Source: a virus. From it: DNA of 64,000 bases. How positions within the stretch are numbered: position 1 is the first letter of the stretch; each line of letters opens with the position of its first letter. The stretch covers positions 64,001 to 128,000 of the IMG/VR virus record IMGVR_UViG_3300027969_000001; one strand, written 5' to 3'. The notes below the pieces were generated by a model that saw only the letters and a program-made list of their open reading frames with translations, had not been told where the DNA came from and did no database searches. Below, one piece after another: positions 49,301-59,100 of the stretch. Position numbers and translations under genes: made by a program.

Positions 49301-52300
49301 ATTCTGATAGCCACAGAGTCGTGTCCAGTAGTTCGACCATTCGTCTGCGGCATGTCTTCACGAGCTATACCTATGTGTCCAGAGCAAAGAAGGTTATTCT
49401 CTGGGTTATAAAGCATACATAGGTCTGCCTGATGTTTTTCTTTGTATTGACGCTTTGCCTCGGCAATCATTTCAGGACTTTTTAAATCTTCGTCAGAGTT
49501 AATTTTTTCAAATTCTGATTTAAATTTAAGCCATTCGGGGTGTTCGTTTTCAATTTGATTGGCTGCTTCTTGCTTAACAAGTTCTTCAAATTGTTTTTGA
49601 GCTTGCTCAGTAAGTCTTACATCTTCATGTTTTACCATCACATGATGACCTGCCATCATTAGCGCAAGAGCGTCCTCGACTTTATCTACTTCATATAGGT
49701 GTGAAGATTTTTCACTTACAGACTTTTGACCAGACCTTCTGACGGTTCCACCAAAAAACGATGACAGCTCTTCTTCGGACATGGTTTCAATATCTTTGCC
49801 ATTATCGGCTATTTTTTTAAAAGTTTCCAAAGCAGATTCAGCAATAGCTTTTTCTTTTTTCCCTCTTTCGGCTACCTGTTCAGCGGAGTCGGAGACACCA
49901 GAACTGAGTCTCCCAGCTCTTGCTGCTGGGTCCATACCGGCAAGTCTTTCAACTCTTCTACTACCACTAGAAACCTGAGGACCTACGCTGGATGCCCGCA
50001 TGGTGCCGTCGGCAAGGAACTTTTCTAGGTCAGGTTCACGCATTCTCACCCTGACTCTTCTGTCAAATCCGTTATGCATCTGAAAGGCAGCGGTTTCCAG
50101 GTCTGAAATTATTTGCTCGTGAGACTGGGTCGAAAGTTTTTTAACAACAGCACTATCAAGTGATGAAATAGATAGCGCTTCGTGCTCGCCTGAACCAGAA
50201 CCGGATATCACCTTACGAAGTTCTACCGAACGGTCTTTTATTCTTCCGTTTCTTTGTGTAGTTCTTGCTTCCCGGGTCATTGCTGGTCCGAATACGTCGG
50301 AGTGGCCAGAAGAAAGTTTTCTAGCAACTTCCGACGCAGGACGGCCTCCTCTTTCTGCTGAAGTTTTACTTATAGATTCTAAATATGTTGGAAGCTCTGT
50401 TGGGGCTTCGCCAAATACTCCACCCTTATCGACTACGTCAGAAAGAACTGTCCTGCTTGTTTCTTTAACAGAATCCGCATCGTCAGAGCGTGAGCCAGGA
50501 AGAGGGGAATCGTGTCTGGTTACTGCGTAGTTGTCTGCAAAGGTTTTAAGCTTTCTTGAAGCACCTTTACGCCATGCAGCATCATCAGTGCCCGATGCTA
50601 TCGATGTAGCCATCGAATCAAGGACTTCAACGGTTCCTTTTTGCTCGGCAATTTCTATGCGAATAGTTCCGTCAGCTTCTCTTCCAACAATTCTAATTTT
50701 TCCTGGAGGCATAACGACAGTTTGGTCTCCACTATCTCCAATATTGGGAAATATTCCCCTGTCTTTTGCTTTAGCAACAATAACTACGCGCTGTTTTACT
50801 TTTCCTGTTTCTTCATTTATCTTGGTAGCTTCATCAATAACAGTTTTTTTCTGACCTTTAGAAATCACTCGGCCACTTAATAGTCCGTCGTTTTCTATCT
50901 CCCTACCTATGGAAACTCCCGTGAAAATAGTAGGGTCAAATTCCATTACTGTTTCTATATCTAGCTGCTCTCCAAGTGAGGAAACTTCCATTGCCTCAAG
51001 TGTGGGAACTAGTATGTTTTTGATTTGGTCATCGAAAGAAGCTTCACTACTAGATTTATCATCTATTGGAAGTGCAAGACGTTTTAATCGAGCATTTTTT
51101 CTGTTTGCAGCCCTACCTACGGATATTTGCTTAGATGGCTCTAGCGCACCAGCTAACCCATCAGTATCGAATGTGCCCATCTCTTTAACGGCATCAGATT
51201 GTTCTTTTGTTATTTTTCTACGGAGCCGTGCTCTTTGCTTTTTACCCATATCTCGAGCTTCGGTAGCTGATGCTACTTTCCGTGATGCTCGTGGCTTAGG
51301 CGAAAGTACAGTTTCAACTTTCCCATCAAGCTCCATCAGGATTTGCGCAGTGGTTCTCTTATCGCCGGCGTCTTTTATAGATTTTGCATACTGGTTTCTG
51401 AGAAGGTCAAGTTCCTCTGCTTTATCCATGAGGTCTTTGTCTAGTGCTGCAATATCGACAACAGTTAATTCACCATCTGGAACGGTTTCTACGTCGGCTG
51501 GAACATAGGAAGCAATTGAATTTTCTATATCTTTAATCAGTAATGAATGGTCAGCTATCTTGCGAACTAATTCTTTTTCTGACATCGAAGAAGCAAGTCC
51601 CTTTAGGTCATCAAGAGCTGCGGCCCTAGAAGCGGCCTCTATCTCTTCTGGAGCATAAAGACCGTGAGCATCTCTAACTTCTTTTACTCTCTCTTCAAAT
51701 CTAGCCAACTCAGTTTTTGAACCAACGCCATGTTCTTTTCGCCATATTTTTTTGGCGTCTTCATACATTTTGTCGTAAAATTCAAATTCTTTTTGTGCAG
51801 AATCAAAAGCGGGAGAAGTTATGTCATCTATAGAATCCATTTTTGCTGAAGCATTATCACGCTGTGCTGCAACTAGTGCTGCGTTGTTTATCATGTCTTC
51901 TTCTGGGAGCTCCTTAAAAGCTTCACTGAAAGACTTAAGGGCTGCGCGTCGTTCTTCTGAGGTTCTTTCTCCAACTGAAATCAACTCTTCCGCCATGTCT
52001 TCCGCGGGCATATCCGGAACAGCGTCTCCAGATACGTCTGGAATAAAATCTCCACCAGCATCACCGCTTGGAATAATTGAAGAAACTATGGCTCTATCTT
52101 CAGCTGCCGCCCTCATGGAGACATTGTCCATCCATTCAAGTGCTGCATCAATATCTTCGCCGTAAATTATTCCCTGTTCACGAAGCGCCCAAAGCTCTGC
52201 GCATACTTCTAGGGCCCAGTGCTCTCCGCCTTTTCTGTACACATCCCCTGGGTAGCTACCAGCAAGAGCTGATACAACTTCAATTCTGCTTAATGCTCCA

Positions 52301-54276
52301 TTAAGTGCTTCAATGTTTATATCATCAGCAACATCTATCATGATGTTGGGCCAGTCGTAGCTCGTTATCTGAGTAAAATCAGTAACAGTTCTGTATCTCC
52401 CCGTAAACATTCCCGTTTTTTTGTCATATTCCGGAATGCGGATTGAACCACCAGCCATTAGTTCTGCTTCAATATGGTCCATAAATGCTTGGTACTGAAG
52501 TGTGTGAGAAATTTCGTGGAATATCTGCTGGCGCATGTACGATTTTTCGCCATCAATCAAACCGGCCATACCTCGTGCCGTGTGGTCGGCGTTGACGAGG
52601 AAATCTGCAACTGTTGCCCGTGCTTCAGCGTCAGTAGAGGCTCCAACTGCAGCTACCGAAAGTCTTTGATTTGGGCGCAACGATGGAAGTAGTGACTCTT
52701 GCCCAGACATGCTGTTGTGCATGTTTAGGGAGATTATGTATTTTCCACCTACGTACCTTGTACTCATTTCGTCAGTGCTCGAGTTGTCATACTCCATGAC
52801 GTTTGTGCGGCGCATCGTTGTTGGGGATTTTACATACTGGTCCAGAAGTCCCTCTAGGACTGCGCGCTCAGTGCTGTAGTACCTAGATACGTCTGCTTTT
52901 AAAACAATATCTTGTTCTTCTTTAGTTAAGTCTCTCCATCCTTTTACGGACTGTAGTCTTGCTTGGCAAAACTGCTCAACTTCAACCGGAGTAAGCATTG
53001 CTCCATCGGCTCCACCACGCTGATGAACGAGCCTTATGTCCCAACCAAGAGAGGGGTCAGAAGCCGCTAAAGCGCGAAGCGCATCAAACCCCTGCTTAAG
53101 GTCTTCATTTGTTGCTCGTGCAGTTTCACTTCTATCAACGCCGAGAGAATCAAGTATCGATGAAACACGGGCATCTGTTTGTAACATTCTGTCCTGTGCT
53201 CTTATTGCGCCATTCTTAAACCATCTCTGGTTTTCTGGCATCTCAATACTTCGCCAGTCAGGCGTGTCTACGCGTTCTCCAGTTATGGAGTCGTACCAGA
53301 CAGTTCTTCCGAGTTTTGCCAAATAAGAAGGGCTCGGTATTTCGCCAGGAACCCTGTCTGCCATTGGGTCGTATCTTTGGGAGCTCCAGTTGCCGTTAAA
53401 TACCCCATCAAAGAAACGTTGAGCAGTGGTTCTGGTCCCCTGTAGTTTCCCGTCAGCGGTGGCTGTTTGCGCCATTCTTGCAGCAAATCTACCGAACTTA
53501 GACGGACTAAAGCCAAAACAGTTTGTCCCATACATGTCCGTAAACTGATTTGCGGCCGGCGTCCCTGGAGGGCATCTGAACTTATTTAGCTCGTCTTTTA
53601 TTACTCCAAATGCGGCAGCCGCACGTGAAGCCAGGTTTCCCCCGGGAATACTGGAGCCTATTCTTTCCCCAGGAAGAATCTTTACTTCGGGGTCGAGCTT
53701 GTTTCCTGTTTCGCGACGCTTTTCTCCAACTGTTAATCCAGAAGTTATTGAGAACGGGTTGACTACTCGTCCAGACTCTGGGACAATATCGTCAGTACGT
53801 GGATTGACATCGTATACGGTTAGTTCTACGGATGGTTTTTTTATTATCTGATTTAGTTCGTCTTGAAAAGAACTTGACTTTGGCTCTTTATCAGCAAGCC
53901 AGCCAAAGTTTGGTTTTTCTTCCAAGCCATGAATACTTGAGTATGAAGGAAAAAGTTGAAGGTGTTTTCCTTCTTCCCATGTCTCGTCTGGCATGAATCT
54001 TTCGCCAGTAGGAAGAGATTCCATCCCAGGAATTGACCCGCCGCGCATGTCGCGCTTTTTGCCATCAGTATTATCTTTGTCTACGCCTCCACCAAGAGGA
54101 GTTCCATCAAGTGCTTTGATAGATATATCTGCGTATAGACGCTCAGTAGCAGAACTTATTGCAATTGATTTTCTGAACGAGACAGCAGTCTTGTTTATGT
54201 CTTTACAGCAAGACGTAGGCACTATTAAGCGCGCAGATAATATTACTCGTTCACGGACTATTGAATCACCCGTCAT
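46339..54276 (-). CDS. 2645-aa polyvalent protein: zincin, degenerate VIP2-like ART, ParB/Srx-like and split DUF3626-like domains; SSG motifs
   Basis: FHEISH...EVCAE; PSQ.Q...PIL...YILDGHHRWAA; PVSGY...GDIEVVLK.GV.NRTSY...FEAQILG. Confidence 0.85.
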   Translation of the reverse strand: MTGDSIVRERVILSARLIVPTSCCKDINKTAVSFRKSIAISSATERLYADISIKALDGTPLGGGVDKDNTDGKKRDMRGGSIPGMESLPTGERFMPDETWEEGKHLQLFPSYSSIHGLEEKPNFGWLADKEPKSSSFQDELNQIIKKPSVELTVYDVNPRTDDIVPESGRVVNPFSITSGLTVGEKRRETGNKLDPEVKILPGERIGSSIPGGNLASRAAAAFGVIKDELNKFRCPPGTPAANQFTDMYGTNCFGFSPSKFGRFAARMAQTATADGKLQGTRTTAQRFFDGVFNGNWSSQRYDPMADRVPGEIPSPSYLAKLGRTVWYDSITGERVDTPDWRSIEMPENQRWFKNGAIRAQDRMLQTDARVSSILDSLGVDRSETARATNEDLKQGFDALRALAASDPSLGWDIRLVHQRGGADGAMLTPVEVEQFCQARLQSVKGWRDLTKEEQDIVLKADVSRYYSTERAVLEGLLDQYVKSPTTMRRTNVMEYDNSSTDEMSTRYVGGKYIISLNMHNSMSGQESLLPSLRPNQRLSVAAVGASTDAEARATVADFLVNADHTARGMAGLIDGEKSYMRQQIFHEISHTLQYQAFMDHIEAELMAGGSIRIPEYDKKTGMFTGRYRTVTDFTQITSYDWPNIMIDVADDINIEALNGALSRIEVVSALAGSYPGDVYRKGGEHWALEVCAELWALREQGIIYGEDIDAALEWMDNVSMRAAAEDRAIVSSIIPSGDAGGDFIPDVSGDAVPDMPAEDMAEELISVGERTSEERRAALKSFSEAFKELPEEDMINNAALVAAQRDNASAKMDSIDDITSPAFDSAQKEFEFYDKMYEDAKKIWRKEHGVGSKTELARFEERVKEVRDAHGLYAPEEIEAASRAAALDDLKGLASSMSEKELVRKIADHSLLIKDIENSIASYVPADVETVPDGELTVVDIAALDKDLMDKAEELDLLRNQYAKSIKDAGDKRTTAQILMELDGKVETVLSPKPRASRKVASATEARDMGKKQRARLRRKITKEQSDAVKEMGTFDTDGLAGALEPSKQISVGRAANRKNARLKRLALPIDDKSSSEASFDDQIKNILVPTLEAMEVSSLGEQLDIETVMEFDPTIFTGVSIGREIENDGLLSGRVISKGQKKTVIDEATKINEETGKVKQRVVIVAKAKDRGIFPNIGDSGDQTVVMPPGKIRIVGREADGTIRIEIAEQKGTVEVLDSMATSIASGTDDAAWRKGASRKLKTFADNYAVTRHDSPLPGSRSDDADSVKETSRTVLSDVVDKGGVFGEAPTELPTYLESISKTSAERGGRPASEVARKLSSGHSDVFGPAMTREARTTQRNGRIKDRSVELRKVISGSGSGEHEALSISSLDSAVVKKLSTQSHEQIISDLETAAFQMHNGFDRRVRVRMREPDLEKFLADGTMRASSVGPQVSSGSRRVERLAGMDPAARAGRLSSGVSDSAEQVAERGKKEKAIAESALETFKKIADNGKDIETMSEEELSSFFGGTVRRSGQKSVSEKSSHLYEVDKVEDALALMMAGHHVMVKHEDVRLTEQAQKQFEELVKQEAANQIENEHPEWLKFKSEFEKINSDEDLKSPEMIAEAKRQYKEKHQADLCMLYNPENNLLCSGHIGIAREDMPQTNGRTTGHDSVAIRMLKDGKAAGKWAPLGNKGDAVKQNIEIEQRYVAEIEKENQKLIADGKSAMTPQQQTAFVYKTIGEKHNTENELTKKTVAEHRATFLALPEDEKQWLYDNTNWQDVEVNLEMPFIEFLKEQIKTEDGRDGVITKAADPTTYQPSQRQLVASKVDSTNEDITKDVFKQVKKLEDSGLVRGTPEFKKAYDEAMSKLWFMSPILATEDKYILDGHHRWAAIIVANRSLPKELQLPLNVNEVQTDIVEGLTLGKVFQGEWGIKAAKLGVEDKWKVGTIDSISDEDIVSKAKVLEKDAPGLVDEMYAGGSFIKLGSVGLSRNPDYAARLSERQSIAYDRRLLSEASAARETAYNAAVIEEARLGSAPKTVEEKINKLSSGLSDALTGRGRGKAPIAGWDEGDTFGAEVARRLDGTPEAKAVHDAYEVYEGGKSYEDMYGEPFNADKQLTRELDAVKKASKKRESIVQAMLQEGWEKDKNAKKSSPQPVRIENGDLSGRSKRRAVNGAVNSALKKSNINSSYRRPIRDAIWESHRSAIQTYHYELDQLANDISRHSAPELAEIAIRDLHRRGEITESEMLSTIKNIQPGTMSVEEKTKIANAYKDASDAFMRVATVSKDAEKLSPTSQRTAGKFGRINKQRGWTSGPIAAKFSSGASVGMANEKLSREYYSRIGIPPDVSNETMPVSGYLVHKSHVDEKIRRATAANKGNVSNDAIFEIGDKDIVGDGLTSLGDIEVVLKSGVSNRTSYGRGEAMNTSHRPVKLNSINKHDILDATINAEGKNNKNNNMDATLHLMGAGMDGNFAHVNAGLSDDGKMAPVKKLDTADRKRVPFEAQILGGFDKDEVEQINYPYSKIKEMSSNVDISDVVNTKTISEKLRASGFSQEEIDYFYSLGGAGKMNSQNMQMLREYRAAQGVKDKFNKLGFNNIRIAHPDGINIENPRIIAKNVSPSANMESILRNEIMFDIQEQAEKALKEMRKGGKPELITNLRRPR

Positions 54277-54290
54277 GCCGGGGTCCCTTT

Positions 54291-55991
54291 TTAAAATTCG
54301 TCGTCGAGAGTGTCTTCGAGCAACTGGAACTCGACAAGTGCTGCCATGAATTCTGCTTCATTGAGTGAGTCGCCCTTCTCTTCCGTACCAGCTAGCCAGC
54401 TTGCTGGCACAAGACTCTCAAGCTTGAGAGCGCGAGCGCGCTTCATGATGTGCTTCTTGGTCGCGTCTTTGTCTTTTGCTCGCCCAAATGCCTGAATAGC
54501 ATTACGGAGGTCTGACTCTTTAACGATTGGGTAAGAACCGTCAGGCATTGCTTCGCCTGTTTTGGCTAAGTCAAAACGTCTTGTCTCTGAAAAAGCTCTC
54601 TTGAGTGCGATTTCGGCTGCTTCTGCTTCAATTGAAGCAGCTTCATCCTGTTCATATTTGTCGTAACCCAAAATTTCTCCATCTAGTGCAACGAAAACGT
54701 CGTATGACTTCCCGTCGAATCCTTCAATCTCTACTGCGTAGGAATCAAAGCCTTCGAAAACGTCTGGTTCAACAGCAACAACATGACCGTCAATTGATTT
54801 GACTGCAATTTCAGCAGCTTCGGTAAAGTCGATTAGTTTGTAACCACCGAAGTCTGATTTTTGCTCAAACTCAGCGTTGTCAAGCTTATGGAAACCCATA
54901 ACCTCAGCACTTGTTCCATCAATGAATACTTCTTTAACAGAACCATCTTTTGTCTGAACATCAACTACGAACATGTCAGCATCAGATGAGTAACCAGAAT
55001 CGATAACGACCCCGTTAAACATCTTCTCTGCAAGACCTTCTACGTGAAGAATTCCTGGCATTCCCTTTTCCGCAACACAACCGCCTGGGCAGTCATCACA
55101 AACCGGAGTTGAGCTATTATAGCCCTTGCGCTCTAGGGCACAAACGTAACCCTTGGTTCCCATTTCTGCTTCATCAATTCCCATTGATTTAATTCTCATA
55201 GAACGAATTTCTTCCCACTCTGGGTCGTTGGCAGAGAATGACTTTTCAGCCATCATGTCGTCTTCTTCGTCATCCACTTCTTCGCCAGTTTCAGGCATTT
55301 GAAGTTTTTTCTTCTTGAGTGGCATGCCGTTTTCATCTTCTTCTTCTTCATCTATGCCGCCGTCGAGAGCATCTTCTGCGTCAGCCATGCCCTTCTTCTT
55401 AATAGGCATACCGTTTTCGTCTTCTTCGATTTCTTCGTCAGCTGGACCATCCGCTACATAAGCTGGGTCGACAACAAGGTTAGGGGTACCCTTCATGGCT
55501 CCGGTCTGACGTACTGGGACTCGAGGCTTTCCCGAATCATTATCTCCATCATCCATGGTTGCATCAATCGGGTCACCAACGGTGTCTTCGTAATCGTCGT
55601 CCATTCGGTCATCTTCGCCGTAAGGGACTGTTTCTGCATCTGCAGGAATCGGTTCTTCGTCGTCTTCTGGTTTTGGTTCAAGCTTCATGTCCTCTTCAGG
55701 CATATCGTCTTCCATGACAGGATTGCCTTCGGCGTCGAGAATAGGGTTACCGTTTTGGTCAAGCTTTGGCTTTTTCTTTGGAGCAGTAGCTCCAGCCATT
55801 GGCTGTTCTGGGACAATGGATGCTGCAGGCTCTGCTGGGACCATCTTCATTTCCATCGGCATTGCTCCGCACTTAGCGCACAAATCTGCGCCCTTTTCAA
55901 AACCGCACTCACTTACAGCAAGCGCTTTTGCGCATTTAAGCACGTTTCCATCACTGTCAATGTTGACGGTAGCCTTTTCATCGTAGCTCAT
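54291..55991 (-). CDS. acidic head-module protein with Cys clusters, two PepSY-like repeats and a C-terminal AMPDGSYPI domain
   Basis: IDFTEAAEIA...G.VVAVE...YAVEI...DGKSYDVFVA.DGEIL; GEAMPDGSYPI...DLRNAIQAFGR...HI.KRARAL. Confidence 0.75.
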   Translation of the reverse strand: MSYDEKATVNIDSDGNVLKCAKALAVSECGFEKGADLCAKCGAMPMEMKMVPAEPAASIVPEQPMAGATAPKKKPKLDQNGNPILDAEGNPVMEDDMPEEDMKLEPKPEDDEEPIPADAETVPYGEDDRMDDDYEDTVGDPIDATMDDGDNDSGKPRVPVRQTGAMKGTPNLVVDPAYVADGPADEEIEEDENGMPIKKKGMADAEDALDGGIDEEEEDENGMPLKKKKLQMPETGEEVDDEEDDMMAEKSFSANDPEWEEIRSMRIKSMGIDEAEMGTKGYVCALERKGYNSSTPVCDDCPGGCVAEKGMPGILHVEGLAEKMFNGVVIDSGYSSDADMFVVDVQTKDGSVKEVFIDGTSAEVMGFHKLDNAEFEQKSDFGGYKLIDFTEAAEIAVKSIDGHVVAVEPDVFEGFDSYAVEIEGFDGKSYDVFVALDGEILGYDKYEQDEAASIEAEAAEIALKRAFSETRRFDLAKTGEAMPDGSYPIVKESDLRNAIQAFGRAKDKDATKKHIMKRARALKLESLVPASWLAGTEEKGDSLNEAEFMAALVEFQLLEDTLDDEF

Positions 55992-56117
55992 AGAACTCCT
56001 GTGTTATCTGGGGATGTCAAGTCGACACTGTCCAATAAATGTGTTTAATTATAACCTATCATGAGGGTCTCCCATGACTTGCTACTAATTGACTGTTTTG
56101 CAACGGTCTTTTATTAA

Positions 56118-59100
56118 CTAAACAGCTGTTGAATCAGAAATTACTCTCGTTCCATTTTTGTTTTTACCGTAAAGAGTTTTTCCATCTTTTTCTATACGCT
56201 CTCGCGCTGTACGAAGTTGTTCCGCACTGAAAATGTCATCTATGGAATAATTTGTTCCAAAAACTTCATTGAATCTATTTACAACACCCTGAAGCTCATT
56301 TGTTGAATATCGAGGGCTGTCGCCCTTCTTCGGAGAAAAAACTGGACCACGTGTAGCAGCCAGTTTAGGCAGCTCAGTATGTATGTCTTTTTTACCGATT
56401 ATTGAATGAACAGTCTCTCTATTGGCTTTTGACTTTTCCACGCCACTCTTTTGAATGAATTCATTTAGGGCTTCGTACACAGCATGCTTGGAACGACTCA
56501 GCTCGGAATCAAGCTGTTGACCAGCTTTCCCTTCCGTCCAAATAGAAGAAGCATCAGGTATTACTCCCTTGCGAATCATTTCATCGATATAAGCGACGGG
56601 AACGCCTTTCTTTTCCCATTCAGCAGCATCACGCCTACTTCCAAGACCAACATTCTGACTACCAAAACTTTCAGCAATCACTTGACGGAGTTTTTCGTGC
56701 CAGTTATCGTTTTTGCTAATACCGAGGTGCTCCAGAAGGGGCTCTATTTTGAAATCCTGTCTAGATGTCTTGTCGGTTGCTATCTGCTCAGCAGTGACTG
56801 TTCCTGATGGAGTTAAGGATGCCCCAGACATTCCTTCCAGCATTAAATTATGTTCTGCTTCCGAGTCGCCATCAGTAGCACTATTCTTCTGGAATCGGCC
56901 CATTGCCTGAAACTTGGCAACAGGACTAACTTCCCCAAGAGAAGCGTATTCATCTGGCGTTATTGATTGTTGTTCTTCTTGGTCAAACCAGTGAGGGAAT
57001 GCGTCTTTACCAAAAGTCTCAACAATGAATCGGTCTCGCATGCTGGCTCGGCCTATATTCTCGGCAAATACTTCTTCAGCGTTCCACTTTTTCTGCTTTG
57101 CTTCCGCCGAATCTACTGGGGCAAAAAGCCTCCATGCTCCGAATTCTTTTTGCTTGCCGGTTTCGGCCAACATGTACCTGACTGCGTCATGGTTAATAGC
57201 TGCGCCATCTTTTTCCAACAACGCAGCGTCTCTTCTGCCAAGACCAAGCATGCTTGCTAACTCGGCATTGGTGATTGGACGAGTCTGTGAATGGAAAGAC
57301 TCAGACAGTGAACCACTATCGGTATAATCCCTAGTCCACTCTGTCGGAACACGAATGGCATCCTTGAGCTTGGATACTGGGAGCATCCATGTCTCAGCTG
57401 AAGGCTCTTGATTGCCACCATTTTGAGATATGTTTCCAATCTTAATTGATGGGCGCTCGCGCATTCTTTCAGAAATAGCATTAAGCGCATTATTCAGTGC
57501 TTTTTGTTTCTGGGCAGGGTCTGTTGAGTCGGAGTCAATATCAAGTGCTATGCCATTATCTCTAAAGCCCTTCCATATGCTCATTGATGTTTTTGTGATT
57601 GCTCTATTAGTGCCACTATTTTTTGTAACGCTAGAGAACCCAGCAAGCTCTATGGGGTGCGCTAAACGTCGGGTGTCGCCTTCTGCACCAGACATGTCCT
57701 CGCCGGCATTACCGACCGTACGAATACGCCTGGAGAGACGTCCACCAGCATTTGATGAAGCTGCACCACTGCTTAGTTTGGCAACGCTTCCTGAATCGCT
57801 TTCAGGGAAGTCATTAATCCAGTCTAGTGAACCAAGTTCAAGCTGTTCTTCTGCTCTTGTAACGGCAACATAAGAAAGTCGGAGTTCCTGCTCGTCAGGC
57901 ATAATCCATGTTTTCTTCTCTTTGTCCCACTTTGGTTTTCTAAAGTCTGACCAAATTTTTACTCTTGGAGACTCAAGACCCTTAGAGGTATGTGCTGTTT
58001 GAATATGCACGTAGTCGTCGCGATTTTCTGGCAGTTTTTTCTTGTCGGTAATAATCTTGCTGAGTGCTTCACGCAAGTCTGCAACAGAGTTCTCTGCAAG
58101 CAGCTTATTAAGCATGTTTAATCTGTTGTTATCCCCGTCCTCTATGGCTTTTTTGAATTCTTCCATAGTAGTAATTCCGTCAAGGTCTTGACTTGGAGGT
58201 GGAGGAGTCTTGACTTCTTTGCCAAATTCGTTGATGTAGAAAGGGTTGCCTTTTGCTTTGTTTTCCATCCAGTCAATGTTTTGGATAAAATTTTCTAAGT
58301 CTTTCTTAAAGTTCTTACTTCCATATACAGCGCCGCCCTTGCTGAAAACATCCATAGTTGCCGCAATGGCTCCACCGTTTGCACGAGTAAGAATCATTGT
58401 TGGTTTATCTATAGTTGTAATTACTCCATCTACAGGATTACCTGACTTGTCTGCTTTCTTTCCGGTCATGCGTTCTTTTGCACCAAGAAGCGATAGGAAC
58501 TGGTTTCCTACTCCAGCAATTACTTTTCCAAATCTATAAGAATCTGTAATTGGCATGTCATATACGGATTTTGCATCATCTAAAGTTTTTCCATCAGCCC
58601 CTCGCCAGGCGTTGATGGCCTGATTGGTATCGCCAATGTAAATTTTTTGAATATCGCCAGAGTTTGCCAGCATCTTTGCAAACACAGGGTTCATATCCTG
58701 TGCCTCGTCAACCATGGCTATATTGGCTCCGGCTATTTTCCCAATGTCTGGGTCGGTTAGTGCCCATATTTTTGTTAAATGAGCGTTGTTCGTTGGCAAC
58801 ATTCCCTTTTTGCCATCACGTGCAGTATTAATGTCTTCCCACATTTTCTTGGCATATCCGACCAACTCGGGAAGTATTTTTTCATCTTTCACTGCTAATG
58901 AACCATTGAAGGCACCGGTAAAGTGCTGAGGGCCAACTTCCTTATCATCACTGATTACGAAAGCATCAATTGCCTTCTGTACTCTCTTGTAAACATCTAT
59001 GGCACTGAGTTCATCTGCTTCAGAAACCATACCCTTTATACCGAGATATGCGGCTCTATCTTTGTAAGACTTGATTGGGTCTATCCAGTTGACAGCATCA

